Of a stretch of 64,000 bases of DNA, positions 23,331-36,000 are shown piece after piece. The DNA is from Epiperipatus broadwayi. Lineage: Eukaryota > Animalia > Onychophora. Each line of letters begins with the position of its first letter. Position 1 is the stretch's first letter. Made by a program: the position numbers and the translations under genes. The notes under the pieces were generated by a model. It worked only from the letters and a program-made list of their open reading frames with translations. It did no database searches and was not told the DNA's origin. The stretch is taken from NCBI GenBank assembly GCA_028023455.1, contig JAQFVV010000005.1, positions 9,300,001 to 9,364,000 of the forward strand, in the 5' to 3' direction.

Positions 23331-23949
23331 CCAATCCATTGAACCAATTTAACTACGAAATGAATAACCTAAGATTACCCTCCCTTAATATAACTTTACA
23401 AAACTATATAGCCATTCATGCCCGACTTAAATTTAACATTTAAATACGTTCGCACAAATGCATTTTATAAAATTTGTTTTAAAATGTTGAGTACAGATCA
23501 GCTGCACAGATTCCACGGTCAAAAACATTCCAAATTAAACACAACCGATCAAAATACAAAGTCATCGATAAACGTCACTTGCATAGGGAATATACAAATC
23601 CCATTAGCATTCATCGTAAGATGCTTGCAGTGATATCGTTGACATATATTGTAATCGAATGTGAAAACTACAACATTATCAACCGCTAATGAATCTATGC
23701 AACGTCTATACCCAACCTAAATTTCATCATTTAAAATTTAAACAACAAATAATTTATACAAGAAAAAAAAAATGGAAATGATTTTTATCAATCGGAAAAC
23801 ATATAAAATTAAACGTTATTAATTTGATTTAAAAACTTACAAAAGTCAGATAAGAGTCCGTTTTTAACATTTAAGTTGGCTTGTTTATCAATTTATAAAA
23901 CTTGATGAAAGTTCTTAATTGATTTTAATAATTGTTCATTTCATATAGA

Positions 23950-24250
23950 TTATGGTAGAAGAGTCCAGGTTCCTGTTTTTAATTCCCGCGATGCCTCCAT
24001 TGGAAGATAATGTTCTGGAGATGGCAATAGCTGGTTCAAGGTATCACAGTCTTTTCCTTTTTTTAAATAGAGAGTGTGGTATGTGCGTCCTACCACCTTT
24101 CAAACCCACAATGCTGGAACTGCCCGAAAAAACTGTATTTCCCTTTTTATATTATCCACACAGATTCACTCAACAAAACATCACTAATCCATCACTTTCG
24201 TTAGGGTCCGAGCCAAGGCTTAGTGCTTCCATTGGTCAAGCTAATTTCTC
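23950..24250 (-). pseudogene. Possible relic of a non-LTR RT N-terminal region
   Basis: Frameshifted VPALW...TLYLKKGKDCDTLN...PAIAISRTL loosely recalls the P..W...I.KKG....NYRPI motif. Confidence 0.3.
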
Positions 24251-24581
24251 TTTTCTTCTTATCTATCTTTCATCAGATCATTTTAATTATACAAGAGCCC
24301 AAGGCTAGCTTGGTTTTCGATAATTCATAAACAATCATTTCCATTTACAGATTACATTAATTAATACCTGTTTTTATTTTTAAATCTTGTACTACGTTCA
24401 AATACTTATTTGTTTTTTTTTAAAAAAAATATTTTTAAAGTTTGGCATCTGTGCGAATGTATATACGTTTAACAAACATTTTAATTTTAGCGTTTAGTTT
24501 TTTACTTTTATTTGCGAACTTTTAAGTTTTTATTTTAAATTAATGTAACGACATATTTATATATCGTTACAATATATATAT

Positions 24582-26494
24582 TGAACCGGATATTTCATCC
24601 GATTCAAAGTTCTATCACGTAAATTAAAAACCAAGATTTATATGTGCAATAACACACATACCTATTTATATTGAAATCTTATATTTTTAATTTTCAGTTG
24701 ATTTTAGTATAAAATAATTTTTTTATGACGCTTGTTTTCTTTTAAAATAATTAAAAGCAAGCAAAGTTTAATCTTCTTATAAAAGTATTTTATTTAAAAA
24801 AAATAAAAAAATTAATGGTGATTTATTTTTAAAAGTGAGATTTAGTTTGGTATGTTTCTTTTTTAAAAAAAAAAATAATAGTAATAATTTTGTAAGATAA
24901 TGCCCTATTTAAGATTGAGTGGGAGATAGAGATTTACCCTGGTTGAAAGTTGAAAAAAAAAAAAAGATTGTGGGGAGATAACAATGGACATAAATAGCTC
25001 TGGTTTTTTTTATTCATTCTTATCAGATTATTCAGAGAGACTATTCTCATCATTCTTTTTTTTTATTCTGATTGCTCAGCTTATTCAGCTTCTTGTTATT
25101 GAGGATTCATTCAGATTTTAGCTGTTATTGAACTGCTGCATTGTTAAAGTGATTCTAATTTTTATTTGATATTTGTTTCATGAAAATCAACAAGTTGAAT
25201 TTCCATGGACCAACAATAATTCTACTATTTGCCATGATAATAGCAGCCATTCAGATGCCAGGCCTATAATATATAACATGAAGAATCTCCACAAGATGAT
25301 GGGTTGAGCCTTTCCAAAGATAAACCTCCAGAGCTCCAAATTGTAACTTCAATCATGACCTAAGTGTCAAGTCCAGAGCGAATCCCAATAGTGCCTCCAT
25401 TCTTATGAACCTGTAGTAAATTACAGCCATTGTATAAGACTTTATAAACTGAACTTTGTGTGAACAACAGAAATTAATATTACCTCAAGGTAACTTACCT
25501 TTCCATATCAAAATCAGGGCTAAATCTCTAATTAAGTCTCTAGCAAATCTCTGTTTAATCTTAAAAAGAAATTATATTTATGATGTGTAATCTATCAATT
25601 TAAATATTAATGTATTGGGTTGTTTTTTTATTTTTTTACATTAGAATCTTAGTAACAAGATTTTCCATCTTAGAAAATTACTTACTTGAGAGTGTAAGGC
25701 GAGTGATATTTTACATGCTTAATATTTTCTCAGTTCTATGATTAATCCTCAGACCAAACTTAGTAGTTTTCATTTACTCTCCTTTTTTTTTGTTTGCTTT
25801 GTCGTTAAACTTAATCAAAATTGGTTTGCATTTTCTTTTGGCTGGCGGTTTAGAGAATATATGATTTTCTTTTCTTGGTAGAGATTTATTTTCTATAATT
25901 CAGATTACATAGTTCATAATGTTACTTTTCTTGTGCAAGACTAACCTTGGCTCATTTAAATGTACTTGTACATGAGCGTTTTGCAGAATTATGACATTCT
26001 TGGTTTTGGCATTTCTTTTCCAGACTGAGAAAAGCTCATCTGCACTGTCCTGTTGTTCTCCAAAAGCATTCATCTTACTAAATCTCTATAGGGAAAGGGA
26101 ATTGGTTGGGTCAACCACTAGCAAAAAGATATAAGCCCTTATTATGTTATATATGAGAAATGAACTGGTCTGCCTGGGTATTTAATGTATTAATGCTCGC
26201 ATACACTCAATGTTAAGATCTGCCAAGAAAATGTAGCTCAAGTTTTCATGTTTATTTTATATTATATTTAATGAATTTAAAAAGTTCTTGTAATTATTTT
26301 GGCTGACGTTTGCCTCAGTGTTTTTTCAATTGTCTGAACAACATTCATGAGCTTTTGCTTTTCCTGGGTTTAGTCCAGCACATTCATGTTCGTACATCCT
26401 GACCACCCTTAAAATAAATGTCTAGGTCTTATTTTCAGACTGGTGGAGCCCTCGTAGTCAGGATATACAAAACCAAAAGCTTTTGTCCAGTACA
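24582..26494 (+). repeat. 5' LTR (1913 bp)
   Basis: Colinear with 30908-32823 over its whole length, at about 85-95% identity depending on segment (by eye). Confidence 0.88.
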
Positions 26495-27056
26495 TAGATA
26501 TAATAATTTTTAGCACAACCAATGCGGGGCTTTGATTTTAAATCCCACATGAGATCTTGATCGGACAGTTGGGGAATATTTCAGGTATTGGAGGCAAGAT
26601 TCAGTAGGTAAGAATCAGTTTGTGCTAAATTATAGGAAGCAGTTTGGAGTAGGGTGTTCATCTTTTCAATATGAATAATTAATATATAGTTAAACAGCAT
26701 TCTTTAGAGTTATTACTAAATGGACGGGTCAGACAAATAGATATTAAAAAGTTATAAATCTATTTTGTTTCTTTTTTTTTTAAAAAAAGAGTTATTAGTT
26801 TTACGTTCATAAAATAAAAGAGACTTTTTTTTAAAGTTAAAATTAGCTGTTACATTTGTAAAATAATATAAAAAAAGCAAAAAGCTTAGGTTCGCGTTTA
26901 AAAAAAAGTAAAGAGTTAAACTTTTGTGCTTAAAAAAAAATATATAAAATAAATAGCAGTTGAAGATGAAAAAAATAAATAAATTTCATAAATAGAAGAT
27001 TTGTTGGGAATTTAAATAAAGTTAGAGAAGAGGCTCAAGACAAACAAGCTAGCATC

Positions 27057-30000
27057 ATGTCTGAAATAGATTGGCAAATAAAATCTTTTACAGCTGATAT
27101 TTGGGAAAGCCCATTAGAGCATTTGGAGAGCCTGCAATAAATGTTTCAATTTCATAATTGGCAGGCAACTGAACAAGTGGCAATTGCACACCATTATTTA
27201 CAAGGAATGACTGAGGATTGGTCGCATATTTTAAAAATCAAGCCACAGACCTTTTGGGATTACAGATGTAAATTAGTGCACACTTTTTGGAGTGAAAAAA
27301 GCAGTATCATATCTTCATTAATATATCACAAGAAAGATATACTAGGAGTAATGGAGAAACTTGCACCCAGTTTTTCTGCAGACAAGTAGCAAGGCTGAAG
27401 TCATTGATAGCTTTCTCTTTGTCTGAGAGGCTGATATGCTGAATAATATTGGGCAATATGCTAAGCAATATACAGCAGATAATGTTGTGTAGTAGCAACA
27501 TTCACTTTGAAGAAATTACCAAACTATTAAATCAAATAGAATATAATCAGGCCCAAGAAGTGGAGAAAAGAACAATGCAGTGTGATCAGGTAATTTCAAT
27601 AGAAAAAGGTCAAGAGAGTCAATTTATCAGCTCCAATAAAAAAAAGTAAAGAAAGTCGTAGGACTGTAGCTAATGTGATGGTGGATCAAAAAGAACCAGC
27701 ATAGAATGGAACTACACAGACTTGCCCAATTATCAGTATAAAGACTGCAGATATCATTACAGAAGCATTGAATGGTTCAGAAAGTCAGATGTCATTGCTC
27801 TCTAGTAAGTTTTATGTGAAAATAAAAAGAGACCAGCCATGTTTGTATACACTGCCAATAAAGAGAATGCAGGTGACACTGGCCAATGGCAAGAAGGCAA
27901 ATATTGAAACCAAACAGGTATGGTTACAGTTGCATCTAGGTAACATAGAGTTAGACCATGTCTTTTTGATAATATCTGGCCTCATACAAGATGTTATAAT
28001 TAGGATTGATTTTTTATACAGGCATAGATGTGTGTTGGATTATGATAAATGTTCATTTCTTTGCCAAGAAGTTTTGATGCTATTTGAAGGGCTAAAGAAT
28101 TATAAGCCACTTCAGGTACAGTGTGTTCAGCAAATGAGGGATACTGTGAAAATGCAAAATAAAGTGTCACAATCTATTTTAAAAGAAATGGAAGAACAAC
28201 ACCCCCTAATGGAACTGGTGAGGGAGTTTTATTCAGTTTCTTTGAATAGGCCTAAGATCATTGAGGAGTATGTGCATTGCATTCAAGTTAAGGGTGAAAG
28301 CCATTTCCAGAGTTGTTCATATCCCATTCCATTTCAATATAAGGCTGAAGTAGATCTTCAAATACAGCAAATGATTGAATGGGGAGTTATTGGAAAGCAC
28401 ACATCCCATATATTAACCCATTAGTAGGATATGTTTGGATGCCTAGTGGTTGAATGCCATTACTGTTCCAGAAAGAAATGTTCCACCTACAATAACAGAA
28501 CTTCTCTCAAAATTTCAAGGGAAAACCATTTTCTCTACATTGGACATGGTGTCCAGTTATTGGCAGATCCTTCTACATCCATATGACAACAAATATGCCA
28601 CCTTCTGCTATGAAGGGCATATGTATGCATTTAAGCATATGCCTTTTGGATTAATCAATAGTGACTCAGGACTTCTAAAGTGTTTGGATCAACTGTTATC
28701 AGACAAAATCAAGAGCCTGATTGTGATGTATATGGATGACATAGTCATCACATCTAAAAATATGGAAGAACATATGGAACACTTGAAAATGTTCTTAATG
28801 GAGTGTTTGCATAAAAATATTACCATTAATTTACAAAAAAGTTACCTGGTCCGGGAGGAGGCTGCATTTATAGGCTTCTTAATTGGGAAAGAGGGTATTA
28901 AACTTCATCTGGAGACACTAACAGCAATACAACATTTTCCTACACCCACTAATAGGCATCAGATGCGATCTTTTCTGGGATTATGCAATTTTTTTATAGA
29001 TTATATGAAAATTTTGCATTAGATGCTGCAAATTTGGTTCAGTTATTAACAAAAGACCAAAAATGGGTATGGGAGTACAAACAGGAGCAGGAATTTTAAC
29101 AAATTAAAAAAAAATTCTTGGAACATGTGGTTCTAGCCTACCCTGATTTTTCACAAACTTTTTATGTTCAGACTGACAGCATTGAGCAAGGGCTTGGGGT
29201 CATGTTATTTCAAATTGACAAACAACAACATCAAAGAGTGTAGTATTTTTGTAGCCACAAGCTAAATGGGGTGGAAAATAATTACCCCAATGACAGAAAA
29301 GGAACCTCTGGCCATTGTGTGGGCTTTCAGCAAATTCAAACAATTTTTGCTTGGGTCAGAGATTGTTGTAATTTTGGATCATAAGAGCTTGGAGTTTCTT
29401 AATAGCAGTTACTTATCAAATGATCGATTGATACGATGGAGTCTTATGCTACAGAAATTCCAGTATAAAGTTCTACATTGTAAAAGAAAGAAAAATATTG
29501 TGGCGGATATTTTGAGTCACCATCCCATAGATCTGACTCCACATCATCTCGAGCCCAACAATATGAGTATTGCAGCATTCACATTGATCATATATGAATC
29601 CATAGAGCAACAATTACTAAGGCTACCTGAAATTCAGAAGACCAGCCCAGAGTATGCACAAATCATGACATATAAGAAAGGGATAGGAACTTCAAACCCC
29701 AGTGACACAGCAACATTGGGAAAATATGAAGCCTATAGAATAAAAGATGGTGTATTGCAATACAGAGTTGCCAGGGAAGAAGGCTCATGGAGAAATTTTT
29801 ATACCCAGAGGACTCAGGAACAAACTTATAAAGTATATACATTGCCTTTATGGACACTTTGGACCACGTAAAGTAGAACATGTGCTCAGGGAAATATTTA
29901 CTGGCCAAGTTTATATTCAAATGTATCAGTTTTGGGAAAATGTCATGTGTGTTTGCAAACTAAACATGTAAATAAGAGATTTACTGGGATCTTACAGCCT

Positions 30001-30770
30001 AATTTAGCACACAACCCTAATGAATTGTTGGCCATAGATTTTTATGGGCTTTTACCTGCCTATAAGTGTTACTGATATTTAATCATAATGTACGACATAT
30101 TTTCTAAGTATGTAACTGCATATCCATTAAGAAAGATTGATACTCAATGTACTATCCGGATCTTACAGGAGCATCAGTTTTCTAAGATTGCTCACCACTG
30201 GAAAAAGTAGATTCAGCAACAGGGCATTAAGCATGTATTGAGATCTATTTATAATCCTCAATCGAATTCCTGTGAGAGAGTCATGAGGGAGTTAAACCAT
30301 TTATTTTGGCTTTATGTCAGCAAAAATCACCGTGGATGGGTGAATCAGATGGAAAACATCACTAACTACATAAATTGGACACAGAATAAATCTACAGGGT
30401 TTGTGCCCATCAGATTACATTTTGTACAGAATTATCCAATGCTGATAAAGGCTCCCTTACCTGTAGATTAGGAGAAAATTGATGAGGAAATGGATAAAAG
30501 AAAGGCTCGAATAAAGTTGAAACATATGGCTGAAGTACGCATAAAGTGGGGAAATCCATGACTGTATAGATTTGAGGTAGGGGATTTGGTTTTTGTATGA
30601 AAACCTCATGTCAGCAATCCAACCCAGTATCAATATAAGAATTTTTTCCCAGTATATGAGGGACTGTTCACTATACAAAAGAAAAGTGGTCCGAATGCAT
30701 TTGTATTGGAAGGTGAGCATGGGGTTTATGGATCTTATCATGCACAGAGCCTTAGGCCATCCACATAAAA
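27057..30770 (+). pseudogene. Disrupted Gypsy gag-pol
   Basis: Gag: QVAIAHHYLQG...FWSEK. Protease-like: EALNGSESQMSLL. RT: FSTLDMVSSYWQI...MPFGL...YMDDIVI. RNase H: QTDS...TEKEPLAIVWA...DHKSL. Integrase: H(x3)GH...C, YNPQSNSCERVMREL and a GPY/F-like tail. Many stops and frameshifts. Confidence 0.95.
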
Positions 30771-30907
30771 GATAAGAGGTACACTTAAGGAATTGAACTC
30801 AGGGCAAATGTTCAGCCAGTGGGAAGGGGTTTTAAATGCTGGGGTTTAAAGTTAAAAAAACAGCATATAAATGTTTTTATTTTTTTTTGTTGGCATGATG
30901 GGGCAGT

Positions 30908-32823
30908 TGAACCGGATATTTTATCCGATTCAAAAGTTCTATCATGTAAATTAAAAACCAAGTTTTATATGTGCAATAACACACATACCTATTTATATTG
31001 AAATCTTATCTTTTTAATTCTCAATTGATTTTAGTGTAAAATAATTTTTATGACGCTTGTTTTCTTTTAAAATAATTAAAAGCAAGCAAAGTTTAATTAG
31101 TCTTTTTATAAAAGTATTTTATTTAAAAAAATTAACAAAATTAATGTTGATTTATTTTTAAAGCTGAGATTTAGTTTGGTATGTTTCTTTTTTTTAAAAA
31201 AAAAATAATAGTAATAATTTTGTAAGACATTGTTTTTCTAATTAAGATTGAGCAGGAGATAGAGATTTACCCAGGTTGAAAGGTGCAAAAAAAAAATTGC
31301 ATGGGAGATAACAATGGACATTAATAGCTCTGGGTTTTTTTTATTCATTCTTATCAGATTATTCAGAGATACTATTCTCATCTTTCTTTTTTTTTATTCT
31401 GATTGCTCAGCTTATTCAGCCTCTTGTTATTGAGGATTCATTCAGATTTTAGCTGTTATTGAACTGCTGCATCATTAAAGTGATTCTAATTTTTATTTGA
31501 TATTTGTTTCACGAGAATAACCAAGTTCAATTTCCATGGACCAACAATAATTCTACTATTTGCCTTGATAGTAGTAGCCATTCAGATGCCATGCCTATAA
31601 TATATGCCATAAAGAATCTCCACAACATGATGGGCTGAACCTTTCCAAAGATGAACCTCCAGAGCTCTAAATTGTGACTTCAATCATGACCTAAGTGTCA
31701 AGTCCAGAGTGGATCCCAATAGTGCCTCCATTCTTATGAACCTGTAGTAAATGACAGCCATTGTATAGGGCTTTATAAACTGAACTTTGTCTGAACAGCA
31801 GAAATTAATATTACCTCGAGGTAACTTACCTTTCCATATCAAAATCAGGGCTAAATCTCTAATTAAGTCTCTAGCAAATCTCTGATTAATCTTAAAAAGA
31901 AATTATATTTATGATGCGTAATCTATCAATTTAAATATTAATGTATTGGGTTGTTTTTTAATTTTTTTACATTAGAATCTTAGTAACAAGATTTTCCATC
32001 TTAAAATATTACTTATTTGAGAGTGTGGGGTGAGTGATATTTTATATGCTTAATATTTACTCAGTTCTATGATTAACCCTTAATAAATGCTCAGACTGAC
32101 CTTAGAAGTTTTCTTTTCCTTTTTTTGTTTGTTTGTTTGCTTTGTCATTAAACTTAATCAAACTTGGTTTGCATTTTCTTTTGGCTGGCAGTTTAGAGAA
32201 TATATGATTTTTTCTTGGTAGAGATTTATTTTCTATAATTCAGATTATGTAGTTCATAATGTTACTTTTCTTGTGTGAGACTAACCTTGGCTCATCTAAA
32301 CATACTTGTCCATGAGCATTTTGCAGAATTAGGACATTCGTGGTTCCGACGTCTTTCCAGACTAAGAAAAGCTCATCTGTGCTGTCCCATTGTTCTCCAC
32401 AAGCAACCATTTTATTAAATCTCTATAGGGAAAGGGAATTGGTTGGGTGAACCGCTAGCAAGAAGATATAAGCCCTTATGTTATATATGAGAAATGAACT
32501 GGTCTGCCTGGGTATTTAACGTATTAACGCTCGCATACACTCAATGTTAAGATCTGCCAAGAAAATGTAGATCAAGTTTTCATGTTTATTTTGTATTACA
32601 TTTAATAAATTTAAAAAGTTCTTGTAATTATTTTGGTTGATGTTTGTCTGTGTTTTCTCAATTGTCTGAACAACATTCATGAGCTTTTTGCACTTCCTGG
32701 ATTTAGTCCGGCACATTCATATTCGTATATCCTGCCCACCCTTAAAATGTTTAGTTCCGATTTTTGGATTAGTGGCGCCCTCATGGTCAGGATATATGAA
32801 ACCAAAAGCTTTTGTCCAGTACA
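30908..32823 (+). repeat. 3' LTR (1916 bp)
   Basis: Direct repeat of 24582-26494; ends CCAGTACA followed by ATATAT. Confidence 0.88.
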
Positions 32824-32914
32824 ATATATATGTTTTATAATTTAAAAAAAAAACTTTTATTTACTGTGCATTAAAAAGCTGAAACATAATAGATTTTTTC
32901 AAGGACAATTGTTG

Positions 32915-33057
32915 TTGGGATTTTTATATTTAACTTTAAAATAAAAGATGGAATATCCAGAAATTAATTAAATCAATCATTATTTTAACAAGTCATTGAA
33001 TTAATTAAGTTCTGGATATTCCACCCTTTTATTTCAAATTAAATATAAAAATCTCAA
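32915..33057. mobile_element. MITE-like foldback (~62-bp arms)
   Basis: TTGGGATTTTTATATTTAAC...GGAATATCCAGAAATTAATT matches the reverse complement of AATTAAGTTCTGGATATTCC...AAATATAAAAATCTCAA. Confidence 0.75.
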
Positions 33058-36000
33058 GTGTGATTGAAGAAAATATTTTTTTGTCTATATAAAAAAAAGC
33101 ATTTATTATAAAATTTTATATATATTATTATCATTGTGATATTGACTTTTAATCTTATCTGCAGTAAGCTTTTCTTCTGAAAGTCTTGTATACCTTACCT
33201 TATACACTATTTTCCCAATCAAAACAATCAATATCGCCTATTTCTAGTATCTTTAAGCTTATCTGTATAATGTGTATAAGGTATACATTTCCTACTAAAC
33301 TTTACTCAAATTCAGCATGAAATAATTTTTAGTGTTATTGACTTGCAAATACTCATATACCTTAATGCTTGTCAACTGTTTTGAACATATATGAATCTTT
33401 CAAAATATTATTGTAATCTTTTTTAGACATCTCAGTGAAAAATTATAATCCATAAAATATTAAACTTTTCAAATTTGGATAACAAGTAAATTACTTATTA
33501 TGTCAAATTCAATTCTATATTGATTTCTTCAAGATTTGAGATAACCAGTGAATGTTGAATTTAATGACATTATTGAAATTAACTAAATAGCTTTTATGGA
33601 TATAGTTAATAAAGTATATTGAGACCACAGCTCATATTCATAACTGGAATATAATAACAATCAACCCCTAAGCTTTTTACAGCCACATTTTTCTAACTAT
33701 GGATGCACAACTAATATTTTGTTTTATATAGAAATCAAATGTTATTATATTTTGTTTTTCAATCATGAAGATTTAAAAAAATAAAAATTATTTAAGTTTT
33801 AATACTGGAATAAATATTTTTACTACTATCTAATGGCATAACTATTTTTAATCATGTTTAAGCAATACTTAAGAACTCATAGCATAAGAAAAAAATCCTG
33901 TGAATTCGTTTGACAGAATTGGTTATGATTTTTTTTAATTACATAAGACAAATATCAATATTCTCTTGTGTTTTTTCTGATTAAAAAATATAAGTTTAAA
34001 TAACTATATACTATTTATTTTTAACTTTTTTCATTTTTTTTATTACACTTATCATTTGATAACTGTATAAAATATGTTATAATACAAATAATAACAAAAA
34101 ATTAAGAATACCTGATTATTTTTACAGCTCTATTGAAAGGATTAAAATTTCTTGCCATATAGATTCCTGCTAATCCTATTATGTTATTTACACTAATAAA
34201 CTTTAAAACAATATCTGTCTATACCAAATTTATTAAAATTTCCTAATTCTTTTTTTATATGACTTTATCTATTTCAATAAATTACACTTTCCTTAGTAAA
34301 TACTTTATTAAGTATCCCTTATTTTTCTTTCCACAATAGACTGTTAATTTCTATACATAAATATTTCATATACTTTTTTATTTTCAAATGATGCTTTGTT
34401 ATATAATCCTTTTGTTTTTGTTTTCATATCTTTATATACATTATATTTTTTTACAATTTATCATCTTAAGGATCATTTCTATGCAATATATATATATATT
34501 GTAAGAGGAGCTTACAATCTTATCAAGACCAGCCTTTATTTATCCATACCACCAAATCAAACCTATTTAAAACATAAACTTAACCAACAGGTAGTTGAAT
34601 ATGCACCATCATTTTTTTAAACATACATATATATGTACATGATAAATTTTTGCTTCATTAAGTACCAAGTTAAATAAATGTCACAATGAACTAATTTCTC
34701 TTACTCAATGAAAAATAAAAACTCAATTAAAGAAATTCTTCATCAATGAGTTAATTATCAATGTGTTGTATGTCATGAATTAAGACTTAGATTTAATAAA
34801 TATAGTGATGACCTAATGTCAAGCCCATCTCTAGGCAACCAAGTGTGGAAAATAAAAGTAGAATTCTGCTACGTAATTTTATTTTTTAACTATAACCAAT
34901 ATAATATGAGCAACAATAGACAGCCACAACAATGAAAAAACTAGTATTCCAAACACCAGAAACTAAGTGTGGTATAAAAGCAAACCCAGTTCATTTCCAT
35001 AATCTTTTGTTATTTTTCGAATGATTCAATAACTGTATAAAGCCAACATCTTAAGATCGAATGTTCGAATACAAGAGAAGATAGGTTACTTGTTCAAATA
35101 TTCCATATTATACATATAATTTTCACAGCACAAAACTATAAGAAATTATAACTGATGTTTAAATAGAGAAAAGTTTAATAAATTCATGTGATTTAACAAA
35201 AGAACTGAACTTATTTTAAATTGATATTTAAAAATAAAAACTGCACTATTATTTGAACACGAAGAAAAAGAAACAGAACATTGCCAGCATTTATATAAAT
35301 GATGAAGTAATTTTTTCTTATATAAGCCATTAAATGCCAAATAGCAAATCAAGAAAAATGAAATGTTATAAACTGCTGTGCAATGTAATCTGGCTAAAGT
35401 AATATTGCCATAGAACTGGAGTGGTACTGTCCTAATCATGGAAGTGTGATGACTTAAACTATTTACCTGTATAATGCCTAAATAAGCACCAAATGTCCTA
35501 CTCTAAATGTCAAAATGGATTGAGGAAAGCAATTGCAGAAAATGGAAACATCATTTCAAGCGCATTGCTGAGGAATTCTAGCAAGTGATGAATGACTTAC
35601 CAAAGAATTATCCAAAGAGAGATAGACTGGATCCATAAAAGATATTGTCAAACTCATGGACATTAATCAAGATGATTTAAAGTAAGTTTTGATTTTATTA
35701 TGTATTTTTTATATATATTTGTAAAATTCTAGTTTTATTTTATCTCTACACTTGGAAGATTAAATGTGACTTCAAGTTGGAAGAATCCATTATGATTCAA
35801 AAGCAATAAAGTGAAGGGGAGGATTATTAAGCGATATAAAAAAATTGTTAAATAAAGTTTAGGTCAGATTTCCCTCCATAGTGACTTGATGTTTAATCAT
35901 CACCACCCTGATATGGAATAATGTAAGATTTGATATTATTCCATATTAAGCACATACATTTATTACAGGACAGAGTTTGTGGGTTTTTTTAATTAATAAT

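Larger units (their letters stand above)
24582..32823 (+). mobile_element. Full-length but degenerate Ty3/Gypsy LTR retrotransposon (8.24 kb)
   Basis: Direct repeats of ~1.9 kb with TGAAC...GTACA termini, ATAT on both outer flanks (24578-24581, 32824-32827), a G-rich tract before the 3' repeat, and an internal gag-PR-RT-RH-IN order. Confidence 0.88.

Noticed and set aside
24255-24282. Minus-strand CTGATGA...GAAA
   Set aside because: The intervening purine-only sequence cannot form helix II.
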